From Burkholderiales bacterium (GTDB lineage: Bacteria > Pseudomonadota > Gammaproteobacteria > Burkholderiales > Ga0077523): DNA of 64,000 nucleotides. The stretch lies in assembly GCA_022843925.1 (NCBI GenBank), contig JALHMS010000017.1, positions 53,674-117,673 on the forward strand, in the 5' to 3' direction. This document shows, piece after piece, positions 20,055-33,545 of the stretch. A program made the position numbers and the translations under genes. The notes under the pieces are model-generated. The model saw only the letters and a program-made list of their open reading frames with translations, was not told the DNA's origin and searched no databases. Numbering within the stretch: the first letter of the stretch is position 1; every line of letters starts with the position of its first letter.

Positions 20055-21590
20055 ATGAATCTCCTCAAGGCGCTGGCGACCGTCAGCAGCATGACCCTGT
20101 TGTCCCGCATCCTGGGGTTTGTCCGGGATGCCGCCATCGCCAGGGTGTTCGGGGCGGGGATTGCCACCGACGCCTTCTTCGTCGCCTTCAAGCTTCCCAA
20201 CCTGCTGCGGCGCATCTTCGCCGAGGGCGCATTCTCGCAGGCCTTCGTGCCGGTGCTGGCCGAGTATCGGAGCCGGCGCGGCGACGATGCCACCCGGGAC
20301 TTCGTCGACCACGTCGCGACCCTGCTCGCCCTGGTCCTGCTGGTGGTGACGATCGTGGGCGTTCTCGCGGCACCCGTCATCGTGTATCTCAGTGCGCCGG
20401 GATTCTCCGCCAGCCCGGCGAAGTTCGACACCACCGTCGCCCTGCTGCGCATCACCTTCCCGTACATCCTGTTCATCTCGCTGTCGTCGCTGGCCGGGGC
20501 CATTCTCAACACCTGGAGCCGCTTCTCCATCCCGGCCTTCACCCCCACGCTCCTGAACCTGTCGTTCATCGGCTTCGCGCTGTTCCTGGTGCCGTACTTC
20601 GATCCGCCGGTGATGGCGCTCGCCTGGGCCGTCCTGCTGGGCGGCGTGTTCCAGCTCGTCTTCCAGCTGCCTTTCCTCCGCCGCATCGGCATGCTGCCGC
20701 GGCCGCGGCTGGCCCTGCGGGACGAGGGCGTCTGGCGGGTACTCAAGCTCATGGGCCCGGCCATCTTCGGCGTGTCGATCGGGCAGATCTCGCTCCTCAT
20801 CAACGGGATCTTCGCGTCCTTCCTCGTCACAGGCTCCGTGTCGTGGCTCTACTACGCCGACCGGCTGATGGAGTTCCCCACCGGGATCCTGGGCGTCGCG
20901 CTCGGGACGATTCTTCTGCCCAGCCTTGCCAAGACCTTCGCGCGGGACGGCGCCGAGGAGTATTCGAAGCTGCTCGACTGGGGTCTGCGACTCACGCTGC
21001 TTCTCGCCGTGCCGGCAGCGGTCGCCATGGCGGTGCTTGCCGTGCCCCTCGTCGCGACCTTGTTCCAGCACGGCGCGTTCGGCGCCCACGATGTCGAGAT
21101 GACGCGCCGCGCGCTCATGGCCTACAGCATCGGACTCGTCGGCCTCATCCTGGTGAAGGTTCTCGCGCCCGGGTTCTACGCCCGGCAGAACATCCGGACG
21201 CCGGTGAAGATCGGACTCGTCACGCTCGCCGCCACACAACTGCTCAACCTCGTGTTCGTCGCGCTGCTGGGTCACGCGGGCCTGGCGCTGGCCATCGGAC
21301 TAGGGGCCTGCATCAATGCGGGGCTGCTGTATGTATCCCTTCGCCGGGCCGGCATCTACCTGCCGGGGGAAGGCTGGACAGGCTTCCTCGGAAGGCTCGG
21401 CATCGCCGTCGTCGCGATGGGCATCGTGATCGCCATCGCTGCGGGCGGCCCGGAGGCCTGGGTCACCGGTGGCGCGATGGCCCGTGTACTCAAGCTCACG
21501 GGCATCGTCGTGCTCGGCGCCGTGGTCTACTTCGGCGCCCTCTACCTCATGGGCTTCCGTCCGCGCGATTTCCAGAAGCGGATCGCCTGA
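20055..21590 (+). CDS. murJ: Lipid II flippase MurJ
   Basis: [23 protein letters not shown]; divergent from rpsT. Confidence 0.96.
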   Translation: MNLLKALATVSSMTLLSRILGFVRDAAIARVFGAGIATDAFFVAFKLPNLLRRIFAEGAFSQAFVPVLAEYRSRRGDDATRDFVDHVATLLALVLLVVTIVGVLAAPVIVYLSAPGFSASPAKFDTTVALLRITFPYILFISLSSLAGAILNTWSRFSIPAFTPTLLNLSFIGFALFLVPYFDPPVMALAWAVLLGGVFQLVFQLPFLRRIGMLPRPRLALRDEGVWRVLKLMGPAIFGVSIGQISLLINGIFASFLVTGSVSWLYYADRLMEFPTGILGVALGTILLPSLAKTFARDGAEEYSKLLDWGLRLTLLLAVPAAVAMAVLAVPLVATLFQHGAFGAHDVEMTRRALMAYSIGLVGLILVKVLAPGFYARQNIRTPVKIGLVTLAATQLLNLVFVALLGHAGLALAIGLGACINAGLLYVSLRRAGIYLPGEGWTGFLGRLGIAVVAMGIVIAIAAGGPEAWVTGGAMARVLKLTGIVVLGAVVYFGALYLMGFRPRDFQKRIA

Positions 21591-21749
21591 GGGTCGTGCG
21601 GTTGCATCCCGGGCTTATCGACAACGCGACTTAGCTTCTTCGAAAGTCGTCGTTAGGGAGATAAGACCCACGTCCTAGAATCCGTCGGGCGTACGGGAGA
21701 GCGAACTCGTACGTCCGGCACCCGACGACGGGCCCGGAACCTCTCGGGG

Positions 21750-22532
21750 GTGGGTGTGCAGATCGCATATACGGTATCCGGCCTCGCCGTCGGCTTCATC
21801 GTCGGGCTGACCGGTGTGGGTGGCGGGTCGCTGATGACGCCGCTGCTCGTGCTCGTGTTCGGGATCAATCCCGCCACCGCCGTGGGTACCGACCTGTTGT
21901 ACGCCTCGATCACGAAGAGCGCCGGTGCGATCGTGCATTCCCGGAAGGGGCATGTCGACTGGAAGCTGGTCGGTGCTCTCGCGAGCGGCAGTGTGCCCGC
22001 CGCGCTCGTCACGGTCGCGATCCTCCACATGATCGGCGTCGAGGGGCGGGTCTCTTCCGGTCTCATCACCGGCTCGCTGGGCGTGGCGGTGATCCTCACG
22101 GCGATCGCGCTCCTCTTCAAGGAGCGTCTGGTGAAATTGGCCCGGACGGGTGAGGGCGCCAGACGCTGGCGCGAACGGCACGCCTACCGGGTCACCGCGC
22201 TCACCGGGGCGATCATCGGTGTGCTGGTCACGCTCAGTTCGGTGGGGGCGGGAGCGCTGGGCGTCACGGCGCTCTTCTGGCTCTTCCCCGCGATGGCGAC
22301 GGTTCGCATCGTCGGCAGCGACATCGCCCACGCGGTGCCGCTGACGGCGGTGGCAGGGCTCGGGCATTTCGCCATGGGCACGGTCGACCTGTCCCTCCTC
22401 GGGGCCCTGCTCCTCGGATCGCTGCCCGGCATCTACATCGGCAGCCACCTGAGCAGCCGTGTACCGGAGCAGTGGCTGCGGCCGGCGCTGGCATCGCTCC
22501 TCATTCTCGTGGGCGGCAAGCTCGTCCTGTAG
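21750..22532 (+). CDS. TauE/SafE-family sulfite/sulfate permease
   Basis: GLTGVGGGSLMTP, AVGTDL, GSDIAHAVP; heads cys operon. Confidence 0.9.
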   Translation: MGVQIAYTVSGLAVGFIVGLTGVGGGSLMTPLLVLVFGINPATAVGTDLLYASITKSAGAIVHSRKGHVDWKLVGALASGSVPAALVTVAILHMIGVEGRVSSGLITGSLGVAVILTAIALLFKERLVKLARTGEGARRWRERHAYRVTALTGAIIGVLVTLSSVGAGALGVTALFWLFPAMATVRIVGSDIAHAVPLTAVAGLGHFAMGTVDLSLLGALLLGSLPGIYIGSHLSSRVPEQWLRPALASLLILVGGKLVL

Positions 22533-22617
22533 ACGGCTCTTCCACACCACCTCTTCACACGCCGTCGTGGCGCACGCCGCGGCCGGGAACATATTCGACA
22601 TCAGGGAACTGCCAGGC

Positions 22618-24327
22618 ATGTACGTATACGATCAGGTGGACCGAACCATCGTCGCGGAGCGCGTCGCGCAATACCGCGATCAGCTGCGCCGCTTTCAGGC
22701 AGGGACGTTGTCGGAAGACGAGTTCCGCCCGCTGCGGCTGCAGAACGGGCTCTACATCCAGAAGCACGCGCCGATGCTCCGCGTCGCGATCCCCTACGGA
22801 CTGCTGTCATCCACCCAGCTGCGGAAGCTCGCGACCATCGCGCGGAAGTACGACCGCGGCTATGCGCACTTCACGACGCGCCAGAACATCCAGTACAACT
22901 GGCCCCGTCTCGAGGACACCGGTGACATCCTCGCGGACCTCGCCTCGGTCGAGATGCATGCCATCCAGACGAGCGGCAACTGCGTGCGAAACATCACCTC
23001 CGACGAGTTCGCCGGCATCGCGCCCGACGAGATCCTCGATCCGCGGCCCATGGCCGAGATTCTTCGTCAGTGGTCCACGTTCCACCCCGAATTCGCCTTC
23101 CTGCCGCGGAAATTCAAGATCGCCGTGAGCGCCGCCGCCGAGGACCGTGCCGCGACGGCCTTCCACGACATCGGCCTCCACCTCGAGAAGGACGATTCGG
23201 GCGGGATCCGTGTCCGCGTCCTCGTGGGTGGCGGCATGGGGCGCACTCCCATCGTCGGCGTCGTCATCCGCGAGGATCTGCCCTGGGAGCACACGCTCAC
23301 CTACGTCGAGGCGATCCTCCGGGTCTACAACCGCCACGGTCGCCGCGACAACATGTACAAGGCGCGGATCAAGATCCTCGTGAAGGCGCTCGGGCCCGAC
23401 GAGTTCGCGCGGCAGGTGGAGGAGGAGTGGGTGCATCTGAAGGACGGCGCCGGGCTGCTGACCCGCGAGGAGTACGACCGTGTCGCGGCGTACTTCGTGG
23501 CACCGGCCTACGCGACGCTGCCGTCGGTGGACGCTGCCCAGGAGTCCCGCCTCGCGGACGACGCGCCGTTCCGCCGCTGGGTCGGCCGTGCCGTGCGTCC
23601 CCATCGCGTGCCGGGCTATCGCGCCGTGGTGCTGTCGCTCAAACCCACCGGAGTGCCGCCCGGTGACGTGACCGCCGACCAGATGGACCGCATCGCCGAC
23701 TGGGCCGAGCGCTTCGGCTTCGGCGAGCTGCGCGTGTCGCACGAGCAGAACGTGATCCTGCCCGACGTGCGCCTCTCCGATCTCCACGTGCTCTGGCAGG
23801 AGGCCCGCGCCCACGGCCTCGCCACGGCGAACCAGGGGTTGCTGACGGACATCATCTGCTGCCCGGGCGGCGACTTCTGCTCGCTCGCCAACGCGAAGTC
23901 GATTCCCATCGCCGAGGCCGTGCAGCGCCGCTTCGACGATCTCGACTACCTGCACGACATCGGTGAGATCAACCTCAACATCTCGGGTTGCATGAACTCC
24001 TGCGGCCATCATCACGCCGGCCACATCGGCATCCTCGGCGTCGACAAGGACGGGGCCGAGTGGTACCAGGTGTCGATCGGCGGCGCCGACGGTTCCTCCG
24101 CCGGCCGCGGCCGCAGTGCCATCGGCAAGGTGATCGGCCCGTCCTTCGCCGCGGACGCCATGCCCGAGGTCATCGCGCGCCTCATCGAGACCTATCTCGC
24201 ACTGCGCACCGACGGCGAGCGCTTCATCGATGTCGTCGAGCGCACCGGCATCGCTCCATTCAAGACCCGCGTCTATGCCACCCCGGTGGCTTCGTCACAA
24301 CCCGCCGAGGAGGCCGCCGATGCCTGA
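22618..24327 (+). CDS. cysI: Assimilatory sulfite reductase hemoprotein
   Basis: RLQNGLY, TTRQNIQ, CCPGGDFC...SGCMNSC siroheme/4Fe-4S ligands. Confidence 0.92.
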   Translation: MYVYDQVDRTIVAERVAQYRDQLRRFQAGTLSEDEFRPLRLQNGLYIQKHAPMLRVAIPYGLLSSTQLRKLATIARKYDRGYAHFTTRQNIQYNWPRLEDTGDILADLASVEMHAIQTSGNCVRNITSDEFAGIAPDEILDPRPMAEILRQWSTFHPEFAFLPRKFKIAVSAAAEDRAATAFHDIGLHLEKDDSGGIRVRVLVGGGMGRTPIVGVVIREDLPWEHTLTYVEAILRVYNRHGRRDNMYKARIKILVKALGPDEFARQVEEEWVHLKDGAGLLTREEYDRVAAYFVAPAYATLPSVDAAQESRLADDAPFRRWVGRAVRPHRVPGYRAVVLSLKPTGVPPGDVTADQMDRIADWAERFGFGELRVSHEQNVILPDVRLSDLHVLWQEARAHGLATANQGLLTDIICCPGGDFCSLANAKSIPIAEAVQRRFDDLDYLHDIGEINLNISGCMNSCGHHHAGHIGILGVDKDGAEWYQVSIGGADGSSAGRGRSAIGKVIGPSFAADAMPEVIARLIETYLALRTDGERFIDVVERTGIAPFKTRVYATPVASSQPAEEAADA

Positions 24328-24841
24328 AATCATCCTGCGAGACCGGGTGGTCGCCGACCCCTGGCAGGTCCTTCGTCCCGAGGCGGGAGCGGCTCCTGAA
24401 CTGCCTGCCGGCCCCGTTCTCGTCCCGCTCGCGACCTGGCTCGATCAGGCCGATGCGCTCGTCGGCCGCGGCGATGCCGGCGTCTGGATCGCCTCCCACG
24501 AGGATCCCGCAACGCTGCGTGCGTGGCTCGATCGCCTGCCTCTCGTCGCCGTCGACTTCCCGAAGTTCACCGATGGCCGTGGGTACTCCATCGGACATCT
24601 GCTGCGCACCCGATACGGATATCGCGGCGAACTGCGGGCCATCGGCGACGTCCTGCCGGATCAGCTCGACTACCTGCGTCGCGTGGGCTTCGATGCCTAC
24701 GCCGTCCGGGCCGACAAGGACATCCGCGATGCGCTCCGGCTGCTCACGACGTTCTCGGAGCCGTACCAGAATTCGTGGGAACCGCCGCTGCCTGCCTTCC
24801 GCCGGGTCGCGCGCGGGCAGGTGACGGAGCTGCCGCGATGA
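24320..24841 (+). CDS. DUF934 sulfite-reductase-associated protein
   Basis: FPKFTDGRGYS, GELRAIGDVL, R.GFD. Confidence 0.9.
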   Translation: MPEIILRDRVVADPWQVLRPEAGAAPELPAGPVLVPLATWLDQADALVGRGDAGVWIASHEDPATLRAWLDRLPLVAVDFPKFTDGRGYSIGHLLRTRYGYRGELRAIGDVLPDQLDYLRRVGFDAYAVRADKDIRDALRLLTTFSEPYQNSWEPPLPAFRRVARGQVTELPR

Positions 24842-25560
24842 CGGCCGCGACCACCATCGTTGTGCGCCGTGCCGAAGTGCTGGCGCGACTCGACGCGATC
24901 GTCCGCGAGTTCCCGCGCGTCTCACTGGCGTCGAGCCTCGGCGCCGAGGACATGGTCCTCACCGACATCATCCTGCGCGAGCGCCTGCCGGTGCGGATCT
25001 TCACGCTCGACACGGGTCGCCTCCATGCCGACACCGTCGGACTGATCGGTCGCGTGAAGGCCCACTATGGCCACGACATCGAGGTGTTCCGACCGGTGGC
25101 GGAGAGCGTCGACGCCTACGTGCGCGAGCACGGCGCCAACGCCTTCTACGAGAGCGTCGATCTGCGCAAGCGCTGCTGTGCCATCCGCAAGGTGGAACCC
25201 CTCGCGCGCGCGCTTTCCGGACAGCAGGCGTGGGTGACGGGTCTGCGGCGCGCGCAGGCCGTGACACGCACGGACCTCCCTTGGCGCGAGCACGACGCCG
25301 TGCACGGCATCGAGAAGTTCAACCCGCTCGCCGACTGGTCGGAGGACGATGTCTGGACTTGCCTTCGCAGTGCGGGCGTCCCCTACAATCCGCTGCACGA
25401 TCGGGGCTACCCGTCTATCGGCTGCGACCCCTGCACGCGGGCGATCCGTCCGGGCGAGGACGTCCGTGCCGGTCGCTGGTGGTGGGAGAGCAGCGACAGC
25501 AAGGAATGCGGCCTGCACGTGGCGACCGCATCCGCTTCGGAGGTTGCCCTTGAACGCTGA
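24838..25560 (+). CDS. cysH: APS reductase (Fe-S type CysH)
   Basis: LDTG, CC..RK, SIGCDPC, ECGLH; four Fe-S cysteines point to APS rather than PAPS. Confidence 0.92.
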   Translation: MTAATTIVVRRAEVLARLDAIVREFPRVSLASSLGAEDMVLTDIILRERLPVRIFTLDTGRLHADTVGLIGRVKAHYGHDIEVFRPVAESVDAYVREHGANAFYESVDLRKRCCAIRKVEPLARALSGQQAWVTGLRRAQAVTRTDLPWREHDAVHGIEKFNPLADWSEDDVWTCLRSAGVPYNPLHDRGYPSIGCDPCTRAIRPGEDVRAGRWWWESSDSKECGLHVATASASEVALER

Positions 25561-26473
25561 TCTCAACCTTGCGTCGCCCCGTCTCGGGCACCTCGACTGG
25601 CTCGAGTCGGAGGCCATCCACATCCTCCGCGAAGTGGCGGCTGAATGTCGGAAACCCGCGCTCCTGTTCTCGGGCGGCAAGGATTCCATCGTGCTGCTGC
25701 GCCTTGCCGAGAAGGCCTTCCGGCCGGGCCGCTTCCCGTTCCCGCTGGTGCACATCGATACCGGCCACAACTTCCCGGAAGTCATCGCCTTCCGCGACAA
25801 GCGCGTGGCCGAGCTGGGCGAGCATCTGATCGTCGGCCATCTCGACGACGCCATCCGGGCCGGCCGCATCCGACTGCGCACGCCGGACGAGAGTCGCAAC
25901 CGGCATCAGTCGGTGACGCTGCTGGAGACCATCGCCGAGCACGGGTTCGATGCCTGCATCGGTGGTGCGCGCCGCGACGAAGAGAAGGCGCGTGCGAAGG
26001 AGCGCGTGTTCTCGTTCCGCGACGAGTTCGGGCAATGGGATCCGAAGAATCAGCGGCCCGAACTGTGGAGCCTGTACAACACCCGCGTGCATCCCGGCGA
26101 GAACATGCGCGTGTTCCCGATCAGCAACTGGACCGAGCTGGATGTGTGGCAGTACATCGCGCGCGAAGGTCTCGAAGTCCCGCACATCTACTACGCCCAC
26201 GAGCGCGAGGTCGTGCGGCGCCCCGGGGGGCTGCTGCCCGTGTCGGATCTCGTGCAGCCGCGGGCCGGCGAAACGGTCGAGCGCGTGACCGTCCGCTTCC
26301 GCACCGTGGGCGACATGACCTGCACGTGCCCCGTGGAGTCGCCGGCGCGCAACGCGCACGAGATCATCGACGAGACGGCCGTGACGCGCATCACCGAGCG
26401 CGGCGCGACCCGCATGGACGACCAGACCTCCGACGCGTCCATGGAACTGAGAAAGAAGGAGGGCTACTTCTGA
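25550..26473 (+). CDS. cysD: Sulfate adenylyltransferase subunit 2
   Basis: FSGGKDS, GGARRDEEKARAKER, KKEGYF; TTG start after GGAGG. Confidence 0.95.
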   Translation: MNADLNLASPRLGHLDWLESEAIHILREVAAECRKPALLFSGGKDSIVLLRLAEKAFRPGRFPFPLVHIDTGHNFPEVIAFRDKRVAELGEHLIVGHLDDAIRAGRIRLRTPDESRNRHQSVTLLETIAEHGFDACIGGARRDEEKARAKERVFSFRDEFGQWDPKNQRPELWSLYNTRVHPGENMRVFPISNWTELDVWQYIAREGLEVPHIYYAHEREVVRRPGGLLPVSDLVQPRAGETVERVTVRFRTVGDMTCTCPVESPARNAHEIIDETAVTRITERGATRMDDQTSDASMELRKKEGYF

Positions 26474-27744
26474 TGTCCGCCATCGAAAGAATTCCGCCCG
26501 TCGACACGGGCGTGCTCCGCTTTTCCACCGCGGGCAGCGTCGACGACGGCAAGAGCACGCTCATCGGGCGCCTGCTCTACGACACCAAGGCCATCTTCGA
26601 GGACCAGCTCGCATCCATCGAACGCACGTCGAAGGGGCGCGGCCAGTCCGCGGTCGATCTGTCGCTCCTGACCGACGGCCTGATGGCCGAGCGGGAGCAG
26701 GGCATCACGATCGACGTCGCGTACCGCTACTTCTCCACGCCGTCGCGCAAGTTCATCATCGCCGACACGCCGGGGCACGAGCAGTACACGCGCAACATGG
26801 TGACGGGCGCGTCCACCGCCGATCTCGCGATCGTCCTCGTCGATGCGCGGAAAGGGCTCCTGCCGCAGTCGCGGCGCCATGCGTACATCGCGAGCCTGCT
26901 GCGGATCCCGCACGTGGTGCTGGCCGTGAACAAGATGGATCTCGTCCACCACGACGAGCGCGTGTTCCGCGAGATCGTCGCCGCCTTCAACGACTTCGCG
27001 AAGGGTCTCGGCATCGGGCGCATCGACGCGATCCCGCTTTCGGCGCTGAACGGCGACATGGTGGTCGACCGTGGCGATCGCCTGCCGTGGTATCAGGGGC
27101 CGACGCTGCTGGACCTGCTCGAGTCGGCGGATGTGGGTCGCGGTGCCGAGGCCGGACCGCTGTTCTTTCCCGTGCAGTGGGTCGCGCGGCCGGGCGACAG
27201 CGGCGTCGAAGGTGCCCGCGGGTACGCCGGCCGCATCGAGGCCGGGCACGTCGCGCCCGGAGATGCCGTGACGGTGCTGCCGTCGGGGCGGACGTCGAAG
27301 GTGCGCTCGGTGCGCACGCTCGACGGCGAACTCGACCGCGCCCACGCCGGGCAGTCCGTCACGCTCGTGCTCGACGACCAGATCGACGTGTCGCGCGGGG
27401 ATGTCATCGCGACCACCGGGCACGCGCTCACGGTTTCCCGCGAGTTCGAGGCGACGCTCTGCTGGTTCGCCGACGAGCCGTTCGAGCGTCAGCGGCGGTA
27501 TCTCGTGAAACACGGCACGCAGACGGTGCGGGCGATGTTCGATCGTCCGCGGTTCCGCATCGACGTGAACTCGCTCGGCGTGGAAGAGACCGACACGCTG
27601 CGCCTCAACGACATCGGCAGCATCGGCGTCCGCACCGCCCAGCCGCTCGCGTTCGCGCCCTATCGCGAGAACGCCGCCGCCGGCAGCTTCATCGTGATCG
27701 ACGAGGCCACCAATGCCACCGTCGCCGCCGGGTTGGTCGCCTGA
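26473..27744 (+). CDS. cysN: Sulfate adenylyltransferase subunit 1 (no APS kinase domain)
   Basis: GSVDDGKST, EQGITID, DTPGHEQY, NKMD. Confidence 0.95.
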   Translation: MSAIERIPPVDTGVLRFSTAGSVDDGKSTLIGRLLYDTKAIFEDQLASIERTSKGRGQSAVDLSLLTDGLMAEREQGITIDVAYRYFSTPSRKFIIADTPGHEQYTRNMVTGASTADLAIVLVDARKGLLPQSRRHAYIASLLRIPHVVLAVNKMDLVHHDERVFREIVAAFNDFAKGLGIGRIDAIPLSALNGDMVVDRGDRLPWYQGPTLLDLLESADVGRGAEAGPLFFPVQWVARPGDSGVEGARGYAGRIEAGHVAPGDAVTVLPSGRTSKVRSVRTLDGELDRAHAGQSVTLVLDDQIDVSRGDVIATTGHALTVSREFEATLCWFADEPFERQRRYLVKHGTQTVRAMFDRPRFRIDVNSLGVEETDTLRLNDIGSIGVRTAQPLAFAPYRENAAAGSFIVIDEATNATVAAGLVA

Positions 27745-27747
27745 TCC

Positions 27748-28539
27748 ATGACGACTTCCAATGCTTCCCGCCGGATCGTCGGCAAGGTCTGGCTCGTGGG
27801 TGCCGGCCCCGGCGCGCCCGATCTGCTCACGCTGCGGGCGGCCGATCTTCTGGCCCGCGCGGACATCGTCTTCCATGACGCGCTCGTGCATCCCGGCACG
27901 CTTGCGCTGGCCCGGCGCGCGAAGCTCGTCCCGGTCGGCAAGCGCGCCGGCCACGTCTCCACGGACCAGCGGTTCATCAACTCGCACCTCGTCGAGGCCG
28001 CGACCCATCACGAAGTGATCGTCCGCCTGAAGGGGGGCGATCCGATGCTCTTCGGTCGTGCCCAGGAGGAGATCGACGGTCTGGTCGCCGCGGGCGTGCC
28101 GTTCGAGGTGGTCCCGGGAATCACCGCGGCACTCGCGGCCTCGGCCGACCTCGGAGTCTCGCTGACCCGGCGCGGCATGAGTCGCAGCGTGACGTTCGCG
28201 ACGCCGCGCATCGGGCCAGGCGAGGCGTCCTCGGACTGGGCAGTGGCGGCCGGCCGGGCGGACACGACGGTTCTCTACATGGCGGCCGGCACGCGGGTCG
28301 AGACCGTTCGCGCGCTCCACGCCGCAGGGCGGGCGCTTTCCACGCCGGTCGTGGTGGTCGAGAACGCATCGTTGCCGGATACGCGACGCATCGTCGCGAC
28401 CTTGGGTGACCTTGCGACGCTTCCGCTGGACGAGTCCTCCGGACCCGTCCTGGTCCTCGTCGGTGAGGTCTACGGCGAACTGCTGGCGGCAGCGGATGCC
28501 GCGGTGGGCGTGGGCGCCGTCCGCGCCGGCGTGCGATGA
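27748..28539 (+). CDS. cobA: Uroporphyrinogen-III C-methyltransferase
   Basis: LVGAGPG..DLLT, RLKGGDP, VVPGIT. Confidence 0.92.
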   Translation: MTTSNASRRIVGKVWLVGAGPGAPDLLTLRAADLLARADIVFHDALVHPGTLALARRAKLVPVGKRAGHVSTDQRFINSHLVEAATHHEVIVRLKGGDPMLFGRAQEEIDGLVAAGVPFEVVPGITAALAASADLGVSLTRRGMSRSVTFATPRIGPGEASSDWAVAAGRADTTVLYMAAGTRVETVRALHAAGRALSTPVVVVENASLPDTRRIVATLGDLATLPLDESSGPVLVLVGEVYGELLAAADAAVGVGAVRAGVR

Positions 28540-28934
28540 GTGCATCGGCCGCTGCGACGCCCCGCACAGGCATCGTCCTCTTCGCGCACGGCGCCCGGGA
28601 CCCCGGATGGGCGGGGCCGCTGCGCGCCATCGCGGATCGCATCCGCGAGGCAAGCCCGGGTCTGCGGGTCGAGTTGGCGTTCCTGGAGTTCATGGCGCCG
28701 TCGCTTGCCGACGCCGTCGCGGCGATGACCACGGACGGGTTCGACCGGATCACGCTCGTGCCGCTCTTCCTGGCCCAGGGCGGCCATCTCAAGAAGGATC
28801 TCCCGGTGCTGCTGGCGGACATCCGTGCGCGGCATCCCGGTGTCGACATCCGCGTTACGCCCGCCATCGGTGATGCGCCGGAACTGGTGTCGGCCATTGC
28901 CGAGTGGGCGCTCCGTCAGCACGGTGGTGCCTGA
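28536..28934 (+). CDS. CbiX/SirB-family sirohydrochlorin chelatase
   Basis: FAHGARDP, AFLE, PLFL..GGH...D. Confidence 0.88.
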   Translation: MSASAAATPRTGIVLFAHGARDPGWAGPLRAIADRIREASPGLRVELAFLEFMAPSLADAVAAMTTDGFDRITLVPLFLAQGGHLKKDLPVLLADIRARHPGVDIRVTPAIGDAPELVSAIAEWALRQHGGA

Positions 28935-28961
28935 TGCCGGGTGCCCGGTTCCGCCGGCCCG

Positions 28962-30912
<1,951 letters not shown>

Positions 30913-30913
<1 letters not shown>

Positions 30914-32127
30914 CAGAACGCTCGCATCGGGCGGCTGCCGCCGCCGCCGGGCGGGGCGCCTTCCGCGAGCCGCGCCTGCACGGCCACGCGATCGCCGACT
31001 TTCAGTTCACCGGAGGTGATCTCGACCGTCCGGTTGTCTGCCAGGCCAGTCGTCACCGCGATGGGAACGAGTTCCTCGCCGCGGGCGACGAAGACGCGCG
31101 CGCCGGGGCCGCGGCTGCCGCCGCCGGCCTTAGCCTTGTCGTCGGGTTTGCCGGCGGGCTTCGCACCGGCGGTCTGCGGCTTGCCGCCCGGTGCGGATTC
31201 CTTCGGTCGGAACCGGAGCGCGGCTGCCGGCACGAGCAGGGTGTCGTCGCGCTGATCGACCTGCACCGCGATGTAGGCCGTCATGCCGGGCATCAGCACG
31301 AGATCCCGGTTGTCTACGCCCACGACGACGTTATAGGTGACGACATTCTGCTGGATGATCGGGCTCAGGCGGATCTGCCGCACCGTGCCTTCGAAGTTCC
31401 GGCCGGGAAAGGCGTCGACGGTGAACTTGACGGTCTGGTCGGTCCGCACGCGACCGATGTCCGCCTCGGCGACGTTGGTGTCGATCTGCATGTTTGCGAG
31501 GTCCTGCGCGATCTGGAAGAGCGTCGGCGTCTGGAAGCTGGCCGCGACGGTCTGCCCCAGGTCGACCGAGCGGGCGACCACGGTGCCTGAGACCGGCGAC
31601 CGGATCACGCTGAAGTCGAGATTGGCCTTGTCGCGGGCGAGCTGGCCGCGGGCCGAGCGCAACTGGGCCTCGGCGGACTTCCGGGTCTGGATCGCCTGGT
31701 CGAGATCCTGCTGCGGCACGTAGTCCTGGCGCAGCAGCTCCCGGATCCGCGCCTCGTTCACCCGGGCGAACTCGAGTGCGGCCGTGGCGTTGGCGACGTT
31801 GCCACTGCTTTGCTCGACGGCAGCGCGGAAGAGGGTCGGATCCAGTTCGAGCAGGATCTGACCTTCCTCGACCTTCGAGTTGAAATCGGCATACATGCGC
31901 TGGACCGTCCCGGAAACCTGCGTGCCGACGTTCACGAGGGCCACGGGGTTCAGGGTGCCGTTGGCAGTGACCGTCTGGGTGATCGGCCCGCGCGAGACCT
32001 CTTCGAACTGATAGCGCTCGTCGAGCGTCTTCACCTGCGATGTCTGCCAGGTGCGCCAGCCGTAGAGGGCGGCCGCGCCGAGCGCGGCCACCACGGCGAG
32101 CTGGACGGCGACCCGTGTCCATTTCAT
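30913..32127 (-). CDS. MacA-like periplasmic adaptor subunit
   Basis: N-terminal TM; VGTQVSG, SPVSG...GQTVAAS, EADIG. Confidence 0.9.
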
Positions 32128-33545
32128 GGTTTCGTTTCCCCGGGATTCGGTCCGCGCGCGTGGCGGACATCGGTGAACAGCGACATGTCGAGCGTCCCGA
32201 CCGCCCTCGCGAGCGTGATCTTGGCCACGTTCCAGCGATAGCGGGCCTGGATGCGTTGCAGGTTGGCCGAAGCCAGCGCGCTCTGCGCGTTCATCAGGTC
32301 GGCCAAGGTGCCGGCGCCTGCACGGTAGCGGCCCAGCGCGAGTTCGTAGGATTCGTTGGCGCTGGCGACGAGATCGGCGGCCGCACCCAGGGATTCCCCC
32401 TGCGTGCGCACCGTCTGGTAGGCCTGCCAGACCTCGAGGCCGACGTCGTTGCGCAGCCGATCGCGATCGGCTTGCCGTTGTTCGACGCGTTCCTGGGCGG
32501 CGCGGATCCGGTAGCTGAGCTGGTAGCCGGTGAAGATCGGGACCGTGAGCGAGAGTCCGACCACACCGGTCCGTGTTTCGAGGCCCGGGTTCACCGAGGT
32601 GCCGGAAAGATTCCCCGTGGCCGAGACGGAGGGCTGGCTCGCCGACTCCTGCACGCGGACGGAGGCTTCGGCGGACCGCACCTGCGCATCCGCCGCGAGG
32701 ATGTCCGGGCGCCGCAGGAGCGCGGCGTCGATGAGCCGATCGACGGCAGCCTCGGCAAGGCGCCGGACTTCGAGGTCTGCCGGCGGCGCGATCTTCAACA
32801 GGCGGCTGGCGGGGAGCCCCATGCGGTTCGCGAGAACGCCGCGGGCCGCGGCGGCGTCGCCTTCTGCCTGGGTCTGGGTGAGGCGGGCCTGCGACATCGC
32901 GGTCTGTGCCTGCAGGACATCCGCCCGGGTGGCAGCGCCGGCGGCCTGCCGGCCCCGGGCGGCGTCGAGACTCTGCTGGCTCGCGCGCGTGGCGGCGATG
33001 GCGGCGGCCACGGCTTCCTCGGCCGCGAACAGTCCGAAATAGGCATCGGTCGTGGACTGCAGGACGGTCTGCAGGGTCGCATCGTGGGTCCAGTCGGCTG
33101 CCAGGAGCGCGTCGCGGGCCTGGTCGAGTGTCGCCTCGCGGCCGCCGGCATCGAGCAGCAGGTAGTTGAAGGACAGGGTGCCGGTGGCCAGGTCCCGATT
33201 GCCCGGTGCGATCGTGTTGCGCGCATTGGCCCGCTGGACGCCGAGGGTGCCCGTCACGTTCGGAAGGTAGGCACTCCGGGCGACGCCGACTTCGGCGGCG
33301 GCGGCGCGGGCGGCGGCCCACGTCTGGCGGGTCTGCGGGTTGGCGCACAGCGCGCGATCAAGGGCATCGACCAGGGCGATGGCGTCGGGCATCCGACCCG
33401 GATTGCAGTAGGGCGCGGTCATCGTCCCACCCCACGCCAGCGCGGGAGCGCCCGGATGACCCGACGCCGTGTCGAAAGGGTCTCCAGGCGCCGCCATTGC
33501 GAGCGCACCGCCGAAGAGTAAGGCGATGCCGACCGTTGCGCGCAT
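32124..33545 (-). CDS. TolC-family outer membrane factor
   Basis: Signal peptide, OEP repeats (YLP, RY.AG); operonic overlap; start approximate. Confidence 0.88.
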   Translation of the reverse strand: MRATVGIALLFGGALAMAAPGDPFDTASGHPGAPALAWGGTMTAPYCNPGRMPDAIALVDALDRALCANPQTRQTWAAARAAAAEVGVARSAYLPNVTGTLGVQRANARNTIAPGNRDLATGTLSFNYLLLDAGGREATLDQARDALLAADWTHDATLQTVLQSTTDAYFGLFAAEEAVAAAIAATRASQQSLDAARGRQAAGAATRADVLQAQTAMSQARLTQTQAEGDAAAARGVLANRMGLPASRLLKIAPPADLEVRRLAEAAVDRLIDAALLRRPDILAADAQVRSAEASVRVQESASQPSVSATGNLSGTSVNPGLETRTGVVGLSLTVPIFTGYQLSYRIRAAQERVEQRQADRDRLRNDVGLEVWQAYQTVRTQGESLGAAADLVASANESYELALGRYRAGAGTLADLMNAQSALASANLQRIQARYRWNVAKITLARAVGTLDMSLFTDVRHARGPNPGETKP